Source of the DNA: Eledone cirrhosa
Lineage: Eukaryota
Length of the DNA stretch: 64,000 nt
Assembly (NCBI GenBank): GCA_964016885.1
Contig: OZ024740.1
Coordinates: 142,786,001 to 142,850,000 of the forward strand
Direction of reading: 5' to 3'
A model generated the notes under the pieces. The model was not told the origin of the DNA and searched no databases. It saw nothing but the letters and a program-made list of their open reading frames with translations. Below, piece after piece: positions 1 through 13,459 of the stretch. Positions within the stretch are counted from its first letter, which is position 1. Every line of letters starts with the position of its first letter. Position numbers and translations under genes: made by a program.

Positions 1-352
1 CATCGGTATGCGCTGTGAGTGCACGTCATGAGAACCAGAAGGCCCACGAGGAGCAATACCCCGCTTACACTGTACAGGACAAGGACTTCAAGGCAGTGTT
101 TGATGGGCAGCGATGGGTTGTTGAGTGGTACTGGAAGGGAGAACCACCAACACTGAAGACCAAAGTGGGCTGCTATCAACACACATTGAAGGGAAACGCT
201 AGGGGCGAGAAGTAGAGAGATGGATCGAAGAGGGCATACTGCTTCCCTGGAAGGAGGAGGTGAAGTGCGGAGTATTGCCGTTGATGGCGGTGGTGCAACC
301 CACGAAGAGCAAGGTGAGGCCGGTGCTGGACTATTGAGAGCTGAACGAGCAC

Positions 353-1633
353 GTGTCATGCCACACGGGTGGCGAGGTCACGGATGTCTGTGGGGAAACC
401 CTGCGTGAGTGGAGACGCATGACGGGGGTTTCAGCGATCGTGGATCTAAAGTCGGCTTACTTGCAGTTGCATATAGATGAGAAGCTCTGGCGGTATCAGC
501 TGGTCAGGTATAAGGGCCGGACATATTGCCTGACCAGGCTCGGTTTCGGGCTGAGCTCCTCACCGAAGATCATGGCGGCGGTCCTCAAGACCGCTCTGGG
601 GAGGGCCGACAAGATAAAGAGGGCTACTAACTCCTACATTGACGACATCCTAGTGGACGAGTCGGTGGTGTCGACGGCGGAGGTCACGAGCCATTTGCGG
701 AGGTATGGACTGACTGCGAAGCCATCAGAAGCATTGGAGGGAGGAGCCGCGCTGGGACTTAGGCTACGGCGAGATAAGACGGGCGTTTTGGTGTTCCAGA
801 GGGGAAACGAAGTTCCGGAACTGGGCCCAAGTATGAATAGGCGGGAGCTTTTCTCGGTGTGTGGAAAGCTGGTGGGTCACTACCCGATCGCTGGGTGGCT
901 CCGGACGGCATGCAGCTATGTCAAGAGACGAGCGGGAGGGGTGACTTGGAGTGACAGAGTGGGAGAGAGAACAGTGGCCATGATGCAGGAGATCGTGGGG
1001 AGGGTGAAGGCCGACGACCCAGTGCGGGGACGCTGGTACGTTCCCAAATCACGGAGCGGGACCGTATGGTGCGATGCCAGCAGCATAGCGCTGGGTGTCA
1101 CGTTGGAGATAGGAGGTGTTGAGGTCGAGGATGCAGCCTGGCTTAGAAAGAAGGACGACTGCAGCCACATCAATGTGGCCGAGCTGGACGCGGTGTTGAG
1201 AGGGGTGAACCTCGCCCTGCGGTGGGGGCTGCGCACCATCGAGATACGCACCGACTCGGCTACCGTACTCGGATGGGTAAGATCAGTGCTCACCAGTGAG
1301 AAGAGAGTGCGAACGAGAGGCGCGGCGGAGATGCTGATAAAGCGCCGCCTGGGAACGTTGGGAGAACTGGCCACCGAGTTCGACCTGAAGCTGAGCGTAG
1401 TGTTCGTGCCCTCAGAGAAAAATAGGGTGGACATCTTAACTAGAGTGAAGAAAGCCTGGATGGAAGCGCCGGAGGAGGTAGAGGATGAGATAGCTGCCGT
1501 GTGTCGGCTGACCGAGTCAGACCTGAAGGGGTTCCATGACATGCACCACATGGGGGTGGATAGGAGCCTGTTCCTAGCCAGGAGAATCGACTCGGACGTT
1601 AGCAGACACAGTGTTCGGGGGAGGGGGGGTTAG
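353..1633 (+). pseudogene. Gypsy pol: reverse transcriptase + RNase H (disrupted)
   Basis: RT and RNase H motifs are present. The same frame continues upstream (RWIEEGIL...VRPVLDY) through an in-frame TGA at 335-337. A further frameshift lies near 205-215. Confidence 0.9.
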
Positions 1634-2495
1634 AGGCTGCGTCCGATGTCAGTCCATTGATCCCGCCCCGGGTGTACACGAAACGGGAAGCCTCCCGGTG
1701 GATCGCGACTGGAAGCGATTAGCGGTGGATGTGACGCACTACCGGCAGGGAACGTACCTCTCGATGGTCGACTGTGGACCAGGTCGAATGGCGATATGGA
1801 GGGAGATGAAGACTGGAACGGCCGAGGAAATCGTGCGGACGTTGAGAGAGGTGATCTTGGAGCGGGGCCCTGTGGATGAACTGCTGATGGACAACAGCGC
1901 AGCGTTCCGCTCGGAGGCACTGAGGGAGATGCTCGATGGATGGAAGGTGGACCGTTTCTTCAGAGCGGCGCACAGGCCGAGCGTGAATGGAATCGTGGAG
2001 CGACACCACCGGACGATCAAGGCAATGGCGGAGCGGGGCCATATCTCACCAATGGAGGCAGTGTTCTGGTACAATATGTCCCCTCGGGTTGGACAGGTCG
2101 AGGAATCGGTGCCACATAGAGCAGTATTCAAATACGAGTGGCGGCACCCGTGCACGCCACCACAACGGCCAGTGGGGAGAGAGAGTGCATTCGTGCAGGT
2201 GGGCGAAGAAGTCTGGGTTAAGCCCCCAGATGCACGGTGCACATCTCAATGGGGAAGGGGAACGGTGACGGCCGTAAATTCAAAGAACAATGTGTCCGTG
2301 GACGGGGTACCACGTCATGTCCTGGATGTAAGAAGAATCACTGTGTCGACGGACTCCGAGGAAGAGGAAACCCAAGATGAGGTGGAAACCCAGAGCCCTG
2401 CCCCAATACTGCGAAGATCGCAACGGAGTCGTAGACCACCGACCTGGACGGCAGACTTTCATATGCAGAGGGACGAGGGGGAAATTGATCCTTGA
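1611..2495 (+). pseudogene. Gypsy pol: integrase, frameshifted from the RT frame at the G-run ~1617-1629
   Basis: HxxxH lies in the upstream frame and CVRC in this one. Core LAVDVT / MDNS / NGIVER, SH3-like C-terminal region and RRSQRSRRPP tail. Confidence 0.9.
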
Positions 2496-2508
2496 GATCA
2501 GGGGGGCG

Positions 2509-2794
2509 TGTGGGTATGGTGTGGCGTGCGGTGGCCGGGGGCGGGGGGGGGGGGGGGAGTGCTCGACCGGAAGGGGTTTTTGAGTGCTCGACTGGAAGGG
2601 GTCTTTGACCGGAAGGATGCTCGACTGGAAGTGCCAGGAGAGGGCCTCTCTCTAGTGGTGACCAGCATACGGTGAGGACGCGTTTTTGGGCAGTTCCCGG
2701 TGTTAAGCAGTCGGACGCACGTGGAAGAGGAGTTGCAGTGGAATTTAGCGGCGCCTGTGAAAAGCAGTAAGTGAGATAGCTTTTTCTAACCACA
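2509..2794 (+). repeat. 3' LTR of the Gypsy element (~286 bp)
   Basis: Begins TGTGG directly after the purine tract and ends CCACA (terminal inverted repeat). Contains a G-run and about 4 copies of a (TGCTC)GACYGGAAG unit. Confidence 0.8.
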
Positions 2795-4202
2795 TATCTG
2801 TGCAGTTCCTTTTCTCATACTTATTTGAGGTAAATTTTTTAGTATGATCCTCTTTCCAGGAATCAGCAAACTTCAACCTATGGGCTAAATTCAACCTGTA
2901 GCTTCACTTCATCCAGCCCACAGATTTTTATTGAATATCTGATGTTGCATACAAAATTTCTGCTTTCATTAGCAAATAATAAAATTCAGTATCAAGAAAA
3001 AATCTTGCAGTGGCTTCAATTGAAACAATATTTTATATTAATACAAAAAAGTGAGATTCTTTCATTTGGTAAAAAATGAAAGTTTACTTAAAGATGAAAT
3101 TTTAAACAATAATTTGTTTTCTCTTCCCCAAATGAATGGAGTAACAGAGATTAACAGCATCTCACTACTGCAATATAGTTTGCATGACTCATTAATTCTA
3201 AGAAAGAAGGGAATAACAAAAACATTCTTTACTTGTCATGGTTTCATTTTATTTGCCTTGGCTTGCAATTGATAAAAACATTTCCAATCTGACCTGCCTC
3301 AAAAGAATGTTTGCTAAAGCATGGTGAATTTCCAAAGATTAACTTGAAATTCCAGCTCAACTACCATCAATCACCAACCATACCAGTTAAGAATATTCTC
3401 ATCACAAGTCTAGTCTATCCTTAATGAATTTCTTATACTGAAGCTAGATCTTTTAAGATGACATCTTATGTTCATCAAATTTGACTTTATAATTTCCAAG
3501 ACTATTTAGGTTCCTGTGCAGCTATTTGGTAGTCATGAGAACATCAGATAGAATGTTTTGCAGTATTCATTCTGGCTCTCTGGGTTTAAATGCCAGTGAG
3601 GTCAACTTTGCCTTTCAACTTTTTAAGGTCGATAAGAAATTACTAGTCAAGTACTGGGGTGGATGCTTCCTCTATATTTCTTTTTCACTTCCTTTCTGTC
3701 CTTCTCTGAAAGAAATCAACTGTCCTGTATCTCACAACGGCAGCCCTATGACTCCATCGAGAGTTATGTGTTCATATAAACATACATTTAGGTTCCTATG
3801 TGTATACTTTAGAGTTTAATGCTTTTGCTATCAAACCAACTGAAACTACTTATGGATATATGTCACAGAACTGTTTGTTTTTAAATGTTTATATTTATCT
3901 AAAAACTTTCCATCACTTTAAGTTTTATTATCATATAACAAATACATAAGATTAAATAGAAGTACATACATATAATCAATTAATTATTGATAGGGACCTT
4001 TAAATATAATACACAAAAATATATAATCAAAGCAAAAAAGAAAAAAAATCATCAATTCAATGCTAAGTGTATCAATCGGTCACACACCATAAGGGTCATC
4101 GGAAATATTTTAGGCAAGCCAACACACTCGCAGCATTACCGCAGGTGAATGGGAGGCTAAGGCACTGAAACAACCAAACACCCACCACTACCACCATCGG
4201 CA

Positions 4203-4497
4203 TCACCTGACACCTCGGTAAGGCGAGCCACTAACGATGACAAGAACTATGCTATCAGCTCCACCAAACGTCTCCAATGCCACAGGCTGGTAAAAATGGT
4301 TAGTTGATAATTCCCAGTATTTTAGGATTTTATTCCATTCAGCTATTGAAGCAGTGACCCTCACATTTACCATGGCAGCCAGGATGTGTGAGAGAGCAAA
4401 AGAGTGACTGACTGAGGCATCCCATATATCCAGAGACAAAGAGTACGACAATCTAGTGTTTTCCCATCAATTCTGGATAATCTAGTCGGCTCCAGAA
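4203..4497 (-). mobile_element. Decayed fragment of a CRE-like non-LTR retrotransposon restriction-like endonuclease (RLE) domain
   Basis: Pieces LEPTRLSRIDGK...IWDASV...AE.NK..KY..L...FYQPVALETFG resemble the RLE C-terminal signature (LEP..L.R.DGKRPD...WD...AE..K..KY...P.AVET.G). Confidence 0.6.
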
Positions 4498-5364
4498 ATG
4501 AGAGTATATTTTATGTAGTGTTCCAAACACCAGCTTAATAATGAAATCTATTTAAATTTTTCATTACTTCCAAAATTATTTGAAAAGTTATAATCCTCTC
4601 ATTAATGAGAGGGTTCAGTACTTACATTCTCTAGTTACCTTCAACTGAAATGTTGGACCTCCATATTTTATTACAAATTGAAATTGTAATAAAATTTATA
4701 TATGAGAGTCAATGTGGAAAACAACCAAACTAAAAATGAAAATTGCCAAAAATCACCGAGCATGTTTTTCTCATTGATAACTTTGTTCCATTCATTAACT
4801 AAAAAATTAAATATAACTACCTTTTTTCTGTTTATGTAGTCCTCAGGAAGATTCAGTGTAACACACTGTATGATAAGACTGGCTCTTTGAATTACAGGTA
4901 TAACTCATTTTTTCCAGGTCAATGGACTGGAGCAAGAAAAGACAGTGTCAGACACAAGAGGGAATTGATAAAGTAACAGACAACTCTATCGATTATCTTA
5001 CATATCATATTTAAGGACTCATAACATTATAAAAAATACTTTAATTAGAGAGAGAACTATAAATGGTGTCCGTCAAACTTTTCTTTGAGACAAAACAGCA
5101 AAACACAAATTAAATGCCTTTTACTGGGAAAAGTAACAGGGTCGTTGATGCGAACTGGCAACAGGTACACCCAAAATTCTAAACAACAATAACTGGAATA
5201 AATAGAGACAAAAGAAAACGTTTCACTAAAATGTAAATGGGAAATATGAAAAAAAAAAATTGTATTAAATACATACCCAATTCATCCACAAATATTAAAG
5301 ATTAAAGTTGAGGGAATTAGTTGAGGGTATCATAGCAGCAGAAAGTAACAGCCAGCTATCTATT

Positions 5365-5999
5365 TAAAGCTGTATATAGCTATGGTGTGGCCACACTTAG
5401 AATTTACATCACCAGTCTGAAACCCCTATCTTGCTCAAAACATTGATCTCCTGGAAACTGTTCAGAGACATGCAATCAAAAAATACCCTCTATCAGGCAT
5501 CTACCATACTCTGAATGCCTTGCTTCCCTGGCCATGGATACATTGAAGCTCCTACGTCTGGCAACTGTCTTGGTAAACACCCACAAAATTATTAACCATC
5601 TTGCCAACAACAACCCTGAGCACCTTTTTGATTTCCACGTGTCTAACACACGTGGGTATGCCTACAAAGTCAGAAAACAGCACAGCTCCCATGACTTTTG
5701 GAAACATTTTTTCACGCTCAGAGTTGCTGAAGCATGGAACAAACTACCTGCATCAGTTGTTAGATGTCGAGACACTGCATCCTTTAAAACCTCCATGCTT
5801 CCTGAAATTCGCCAACACTACACCTGATATCCTCCCTCTCCCGCCATACACAAGCACACATGTATATCATGACTCATACACTGTTCACTTTCCTGACATT
5901 TGTACATTATTCTATGTACTAGACATGCACCTTTGATGAGTTGTAGTGCACCTGAGAACTGTACACAATAATTTCATTATTATTATTATTATTATTATT
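5365..5999 (+). mobile_element. CR1/L2-group LINE 3' fragment with (ATT)n tail
   Basis: LEFTSPV...LLETVQR...HKII...NTRG..YK...KHFFTLRVAEAWNKLPASVV is typical of the CR1-group RT C-terminus; ends in (att)n. Confidence 0.8.
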
Positions 6000-6419
6000 G
6001 AATCAAATCCCGCCGAGGTTGACTTTGCCTTTTATCGTTACGGAGTCGATAAAATAAAGTACCAGTAATGCACTGGGTAATTGCTGGCCTTGTGCCTAAA
6101 GTAGAAACAATTATTATTGAACGATGATGACAATCGAGTGTGACATGATGTAAGGGAGATAATTCTGATGTCACTTTTGTTTATTTTGGGAATCTTTTTT
6201 TACAATAAAAGTTGACAGGTTTTCTCAGGCTGGATACTTTTCTTATCCCTAACCACTTTACAGTATGTACTGGGTACATTTATAATGTAGATCACCAACA
6301 CTAGAGAGGTCGTTGACACAACGAAAAAGTCCTGTCGTCCTTTTCTGATATGTTTTCTACAGCAGGGTGCCCGTCCTATCGCTAACCACCCTATAGGATG
6401 TACTGGGTACATCATTCAT

Positions 6420-7020
6420 GGCATCAGCACTAGAGAAGTTGTCGGTCATTGTCTCAAGTGGATGAGTCAGATCACATTCTATGCTGGTAGTGGGTCGTCT
6501 AGAGTATAGTTTGTCACCAATTCTCGTGGTCCTTTGTCATCTCCATTGTGAGGTCCAGGCTCTTAAAGTCAGTCTTCACTACATCAGCCAAAGTCTTTCT
6601 GGGTTTGCCTCTTCAAGCCCCAACCACTGAAATTTCTCTATACATTTTTATAAAGCTCTCATCTTCCACATTCATTACATATCCATACTAATGCATTCTT
6701 CTCTTTTGCACACAACATCCAATTCCTGTTTTGTTACATCGTTCACGCACACAAATATTACACATCCATTGGAGCATACTTACTTCATTTCTTACTATTC
6801 ATCAAAGGTCTTTTGCAATCAATGCCCATGTACAGACTACACATCACTCAGAGAAGCTATTTGTTGTCTAACTCCTTAAACTGTACTTACTCTATCACAA
6901 TTTCATATCATCTTGCTAAACTGCTGATTAGGTCTTCTAGGTAACAAAAGCTGTCAACATCTTTTAAGGAGCCTCCCTGGCATTTGAACGAATTTATTTC
7001 ACGTGGGGTCTTAGTGCTTA
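6420..7020 (-). mobile_element. Degraded RTE LINE 3' fragment
   Basis: Remnants of [16 protein letters not shown] and GKPRKT motifs with many stops. Confidence 0.6.
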
Positions 7021-8113
7021 CCATATACTTGGTATATAAATTGAGAAATATATGACAAAAAAATCGATAGCAAAATGGGGTCAACTTGTATTCTAGGTCA
7101 AAATTTTGCCGATTTTCACTAACTTAAAATTCTACATAAATAAGGAGCTAAAATATCTGGAGTGATTATGTTACAATGAAATTTTTTTTTTGGGGGGGGG
7201 GGGGGGGGGTTATTACATCGTCATTAATCTTTTTATGCATTTACTTCAAAATATTTCCAACAATTCTTTTATAATTTGAACATTTTAATGCATAAATATT
7301 CCCTGCACACACATGCACATATTCACATACACGCACTTACACACACACATACATGCACGCACACTCACTGTTATTCTCTGAATTAATATTTTTTCTTTCA
7401 CTCTTACATAAGATTGTTTCTACTTTTGGCACAATGCCAGCAATTATCGTATTACTGGTGCTTTATTTTATCGACCCTGTAAGGATGAAAGGCAAAGTTA
7501 ACCTCGGTGGGATTTGAACTCAGAACGCAAAGGGCCATAACTCTATGCTGCAAAGCATGGTATGTTACATAAGAGTGAAATCTTACTTCTGACTTGTGTT
7601 TTATTGCTCTCAATCTCTCTCTCTCTCTTGCTTTGCCTCCCCTTTCTCTCACTTACTGTCTCCTACTTTTATTCTATGAATCACTACACAAATTCCTCTT
7701 ATTCCATCTCTTGCTTTCGAAGTACTAGTCTCAGTATGTGAGTAGCTGGATGTAAAGAAAGATTCAAGAAACTTATTGAAGCTATAAAATGGATAAAATG
7801 GGAAAAAAGCATAACGTAATGGAGTTGTAAAAACAAAAACTATATTTTAAACATTTTAAACATCAAAACTTCATAAATATCTCCTTATAATATATATATT
7901 TCTTTATTTACCATAAAGGCATAAAAAGAAGGGACAAATACAAAGGGGGAGTTTACATACAATCGAGTAAAAAGGGTATAAAATGAAAATAATCGAAAAT
8001 AACCTCAAAAGGGAGGGGACGTGATGGGGGTTGCACACACCCCCGAAAAAGTGTGCAATCCTTTGCCCGGGGAGCACATGGAGAAGGTGCTCCCCTCTCC
8101 TTTACTTCTTTAC

Positions 8114-11100
8114 CTACATGATGGTATACAGAGAAGGCCCATTTACACGAGCCATTCTCGCCACTATCACCCACCTTTCATAAAACTGCCTGTGGCCAAG
8201 CACCTCTCTCTCCATTCTTATCCTTCTTCCGAAGTGATATCGGAAGAAGTAGACCAGACTATGGCCAGAGAGGAAGTTGCCTGACCTCAGACCTTTCAAT
8301 CGTGTCCACCAAACAACCTCTTTCAACATGGCTATTACGCACAGAAAAACCGCCTTTGCTTCCTTTGTGAATAGGGGAGGCGGTTTGATTGTCATCACGG
8401 ACTCGGCGGTCAATTGAATCGGCGCCACCCGCGACAGCAGTCGTTCGGCGTAGCCCCACAGATCACCAATGCGTGCGCAACGGTTTCTTCGTGACGCACG
8501 CATCTAGGGCAAATCTTTTTTGAGGGATCCCTGCCCGGGCGCCCGTGTCTGTAGAGCCTCTCTCGAACGGGTAGAGCCCCCCGGTAGCACTGCCAGGCTA
8601 GTGACTTCTGGAAGTTGTCCATTGGTCCCGGGCCGAAAGTCCTACCGAACAGGCTGGCCAGTTCGTCCTCTTCCATGTCCAGCGACTCTCCAAAGGTGTT
8701 ATCGCCCCTGCTAGCCACCAGCCCTCTATAGAATGATGAGGTGGATTCTCCACCGACGGCCTGGCCCGCTTGCCAGAGAGCCCTGAGCGCCTGAGCACAC
8801 TCAGTATGCCAGTCTCCCAGTTTTCCGGATCTTTGCTTGACCCAGGACTGCAGCTCGGTGAGCGAGACGAGTCTCGGAAAGGCTCGTTTCACGAACGGAG
8901 CCCACACCGGTTGACCAGTGAGGAATACCTGTAGGTGCCGTAGCCTTAATGCGTGCCTACGCATCATTAACCACAGCATCCCCAGCCCTCCTTTCGAAGG
9001 TTGTTGGCAGCAGATGGATTTTCTCACCATAGGAGGGCGCTTCTTCCAAAGAAATTGGAAGAGCATGCGTTCCATGGTGGTGAGTGTTTCCTTAGGGCAA
9101 GGCACGACAATCAGGCGGTAGTAGGTGACGGACGCTATGTAAATGTTCGCCACCTCCGCCCGGCCTTTTAGGGACAGCTTACACTTGGCCCATTTCTGGG
9201 TTAGTGCAAACACCTTGTTCGTAACCTCGTTCCAGTTCTTTTCCACCTGGAGGTCCGGTCCAAACCAGACCCCAAGCAACTTTACCGGGCCCTCCGTCCA
9301 GTGTCCGACGACACCGTCAGGAGGCATCGGTCTGCCTCTCCACGTTTCGAGTTGAAGCCCGATGGATTTTTCCCGGTTCAGTTTCGTTCCTGACAACCTT
9401 TCGTAATCCTCCAGTAAGGTACCGATCGCCTCGATCTCCGAGTCGGTCGATACCATTACTGTTACGTCATCGGCGTAGGCCGACACCGCTTTGCTCAATC
9501 CTAGTTCTAGGGGGATACCCTGCAACAACTCCAACTTCCTCAGTAAAGGCTCGAGAGTCAATACGTACAGAAGGGAGGAGAGAGGGCACCCCTGTCGAAT
9601 GGATCGTGTGATTTCGAACGGCTTCGAAAGGTAGCCGTTCACCTTGATCCTAGAACAGATGTGGTTGCTATGTAAGGCAGTGATCCAGCCTCTGAAAACA
9701 GGACCGAACCCAGCCGCCGCTAGCACCGCATCCAGGTAACCATGGTCGACCCTATCGAAGGCCTTAGACTGATCCAAGTTGATCAGGGCCCCACCGAAGC
9801 CGGATTTGTTGCCAACCCTCTCTATGATGTATCGCATGAGGTGGAGGTTATCGTGAATGGACCTGGATGGGATAGCACATGTCTGCGCATCTCCCACCAG
9901 GCCACCCACGACAAGCGCCAACCTCTTTGCTAACACCTTGGCCAACATCTTTAACTCTGTGTTTAGCAGGGTTATGGGCCGAAAATTATTTATACTATCT
10001 CCCTTGTTCTCGTCCTTCCTCACCAGCGTGACTACGCCCTTGGCTATAGAACAAGGAATTCTCTCGTTCTGCTGCCAATTGCAGTAGACCGCTTCGAGGA
10101 GTTCGGAGAAGAAGACCGGCATTGCTAAATAAAGTTCGTAAGGTATACCATCGAGACCTGGAGATTTGCGTCTGCTGCATTGGCTCAGCGCATCTCCGAT
10201 CTCATCAGCCGAGATTGGTCCCTCGCAGGACTCTGCCTCTTCGCTCGAGAGACGCGGCAGGCCGTCGAGGTATGGACCGAAATCCACGTCCCCGCCCGGA
10301 CCCTCGCCTCCCCCGAACAATCGGGCAAAGTGCCTTTGAAAGGCCTCGCACATCTGCTTAGGCTCCCGGATCACCCGTCCATCTTCGTCTTGCAACGACC
10401 GGATGGTGGATCGATTTCTACTCTTAGCTTCTGTCACGCGGGCCCAGGCAACGGCTTTGGCCCCCTCATTACCTAGAGCACGTATTTTACTTCGAATGAC
10501 GCAGCCTTCGTGCTTTGCATCGAAAAACTGGTTCAAGGCCGTCCTCGATGCCAGCACTCTGGCCACATCTTCGCTCTTGATTGCCTCTTCTAATTTACCT
10601 GTTAATTCTTTCTCGTTTCTATTCCTATCGGCAGCTAACATCTTGCTATAACTTATTGATTCTGTTTTAATCTCTCTTTTGAGAGATGCCCACCATCGGT
10701 TGTTGACGATTGCACCCGTCAACCTCTCCTTAACTAATCTGCTAATCCGGTTTCTGTAAGTCTCTTTTGCCGGTAAAGACAAATTAAGTTTCCAGTAACC
10801 GGGACCCTGTTTATGTGTTTTCTCGAGATTGACTACGCAGGTCACTAATTTGTGATCCGTGTAGCCAACCGTGCGCATTTCTGGACAGCTTAATATGTCC
10901 CTATCCTTACTTCTAACTAAGAATCTATCTAAGTACGATCTAGATTGGCCACTGTGGTTTCTCCAAGTCCAGGTAGGCACAGTTGGAAAATCTAGTCGAT
11001 ATCTATCGACCAAGTTAAAACGGTTGAGTAACCCCTTGAGGCTGTTACACCCCCTCTATTAGGACATGCTCCTGCATAGTCCCAACGTGCATCTAGGATG

Positions 11101-11531
11101 TCATTCCATTCCCCCGCTAGAAGCAGGGAACGCGACGTTCCCAGAAAAGTCTCTAAACGCTGGAAGAAGTCGGGCCGTTCAGCTCCGAAAGGGGAGTAGA
11201 CGGCGACCAGTCTGAAGGCCGCACCTTCACTACTGCCAACGTCTAGCACCAACAAACGACCCTCCGGGTCCGAGTGCACAACCTCTACGGCAAGACCCAG
11301 GTGTTTTTGCAGCAGTACGACAACCCCACCCCCACCTCCAGGTTGACAGAGAGATGCATGCACCTCAAAGTCATCGAAGGTAGGGGCCAGCTGCCGCACG
11401 ACGCTGATCCGAGTCTCACAGATAACCATTACATTTATACCACATGACCTGAGGTCATTTAGAAGCTTTGCTTGCTTCCAAGTTGAGCCCAGGCCACGTG
11501 CATTCAAACATCCTACTCTTAACACATCCAC
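8114..11531 (-). pseudogene. Tx1-type ORF2 (APE endonuclease + reverse transcriptase + C-terminal zinc-binding motif), two frameshifts
   Basis: EN motifs LNARGL, ICET, AVYSP, SYLDRF, TDH. RT motifs SPGLDG, FRPITLLN, DQSKAFD, QGCPLS, AYADD. C-terminal CPRC..EETVAH. Split across ORFs 10992-11531, 8410-11013 and 8114-8503. Confidence 0.92.
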
Positions 11532-11564
11532 GTGGGCGGCAGAGCCAAAGGAGAGTGTAGAGAC

Positions 11565-13459
11565 CTACCTTTCCGCTTCCCGGGATTCGGGTCGCACAAC
11601 TTCCATGGGGTCGGGGGTGTTGGGTGAAGGGGTGTCTTGTGGTGGTGTGGGGTCGTCAGTGTGTGGTGGGGTTGGGGTGTTTGGAGTTGTGTTGGGGAGG
11701 GGAAGGGGAGGGGGAAAGCTTTTTAGTAGGACGCGGTTTATGGGTTTGACAGAGGGTGGTCCTACGTCCTCCTTAAAATCCTTTTTTAGTTTTTGGTAGA
11801 GGTTCATTGGGATCTTTATTAATTTTAAATGTGGGTAGTTTTCTGAAGAAACAAAGTTTACACCTTCGGTTTGTACTGAAGGATTATTGTTTATGAGTTC
11901 ATTTAATTTATTATTGTTTCTGTTGATGTAAGTATAGTGTAATGTCTTTTTTTCGGATGGTGTGAGTGTTTCGAAGAGGGGAGGGGCAGGTTTGGTTTTG
12001 TTTGTTGCTGGAGGGGTGTTTTCTGTTTTGTTGGATTTTGTTGACATTTGGGTGGGGGTTGTTTGGCCATGTGTGTTTTGCACATGTTTTCTTTTTTTCC
12101 TTTTAATCTGTCTGAAGGACTCCGTTTCTTCCTCCGAATTCGTTGGGTTATCTTCAGTGTTGGAGGGAAGAGGTATGTTTGCTGGTAATGTTTCCGTGTT
12201 GGTTTTCTTTGTGGGGGAGATGGATGTCACTATGTTAGACTGTGTTGTGTGTTGTGTCTGCGGTGGTTGTGTTGTTTTATTGAGTGAGGGGTTGGGTGGG
12301 CCTGTATTTTGTTTTGGGGTAATGTGTTGTGACTGTTTGTGTTGTGGTGGTGGTGTAGTTTTACTGAGGGACGGGTTGGGTGGGACTGAGTTTTGTTGTT
12401 TGTTTATCTGTTGTGGTGGTGGTGGTGGAGCTGGTGTTGGTAGCAGGGTTTTCTTTTTGTTGAGTTGGGGACAAGCGGCCTTCAGGTGCCCTCTGCCTGC
12501 ACAGATATGACAGGACGGCCTTCTCCCCTCCACGATAATGTTTATATACCCGTGGCCCTCTAATAGGATTCTGTCGGGTATTTGGGCGATGCGTTCAGGC
12601 TTCATTTGCACTACCAGCTCTATACCTGTTCCACTGAACGCATTGCCTGTGGTTTTCCCAATGGAAATCACGTTGTCATTCACTGGATCGATGAAGCCAG
12701 CTATGAGCCAGCAGTAGTCCACATCTGGCATCATTGCATCCAGCCATATGCGTTGAGTTCTTTTACCCATATAAGATGGATAAAAGGTAAAAATTTTCGA
12801 ACGAATCGGTGACAAAGCACATTTTTTTGCCGCCGATTCGTTCTTCATAATAATTGCTAGGCTTCCATACAGTCTGTCTTTTCTTATGAAAGTGGTTTCA
12901 TTAAGTACTTCTGTGAGTACTGTTTTGATATCTGCTTGAGAAGGCTGTTCAGGTTTTTTTGAAGTGTTGTTGATGACCGTTCGACTTTCAATGTCTTTGG
13001 TGAGTTCTTGAGGCATTTTTACCGATAAAATACCATTCTCTCCTTCACTTATGTATTGTTTGGCGTCTGTGATTCTTCGTGCCACATCTGAAATATTTTC
13101 GGGTATATATGTCAAAGATTTCTTTGTTGTTTGTGCAAATGAAATCTTGTTGACTTTGTCGTCTGCTTTGCTTTCTGTTATGATGTTGTTTTCAAATGTT
13201 ATTTTTGTGTTTGTTGTGTCTTTGTTTGTGGTATTAATATTGTCATGCAATTTTTCAAATTTTTTTTTTTTTCGTTGTTGGAATCCATGTCCAGATTTGT
13301 GTTTTTGTCATTTTTCTCCGCAGATTCGTCTGTTTTTATTTTATTTTTTCCTTCCTTCTCTATGACGTTAGTTGGGAAGGAAGGGGGGACTAAAGCGTGC
13401 GAGCTTACAACTCTTACCGCTGTCCCCCCACCACTATTTTCGTTCGCTTCGTTTAACAT
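11565..13459 (-). CDS. Tx1-type ORF1 (gag-like, CCHC zinc knuckle, Pro/Gln/Thr-rich C-terminus); probable frameshift in the T-run 13260-13272
   Basis: CHICAGRGHLKAAC = CX2CX4HX4C in the 561-aa ORF 11565-13250. The ATG-started ORF 13199-13459 overlaps it across the homopolymer. Confidence 0.8.

Larger units (their letters stand above)
1..2794 (+). mobile_element. Ty3/Gypsy-superfamily LTR retrotransposon, 3' portion (pol RT-RNaseH-integrase + 3' LTR); 5' part lies outside the window
   Basis: Domain order RT (DLKSAYLQL, YIDDILV), RNase H (CDAS, AELDA, TDS), integrase (HHCC, DDE). Purine tract GAGATCAGGGGGGCG precedes the LTR. GC content drops sharply after 2794. Confidence 0.93.

Noticed and set aside
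916-2242. Long antisense ORFs over the Gypsy pol (and similar ones over the RTE and Tx1 ORFs)
   Set aside because: Shadow ORFs of GC-rich coding sequence.
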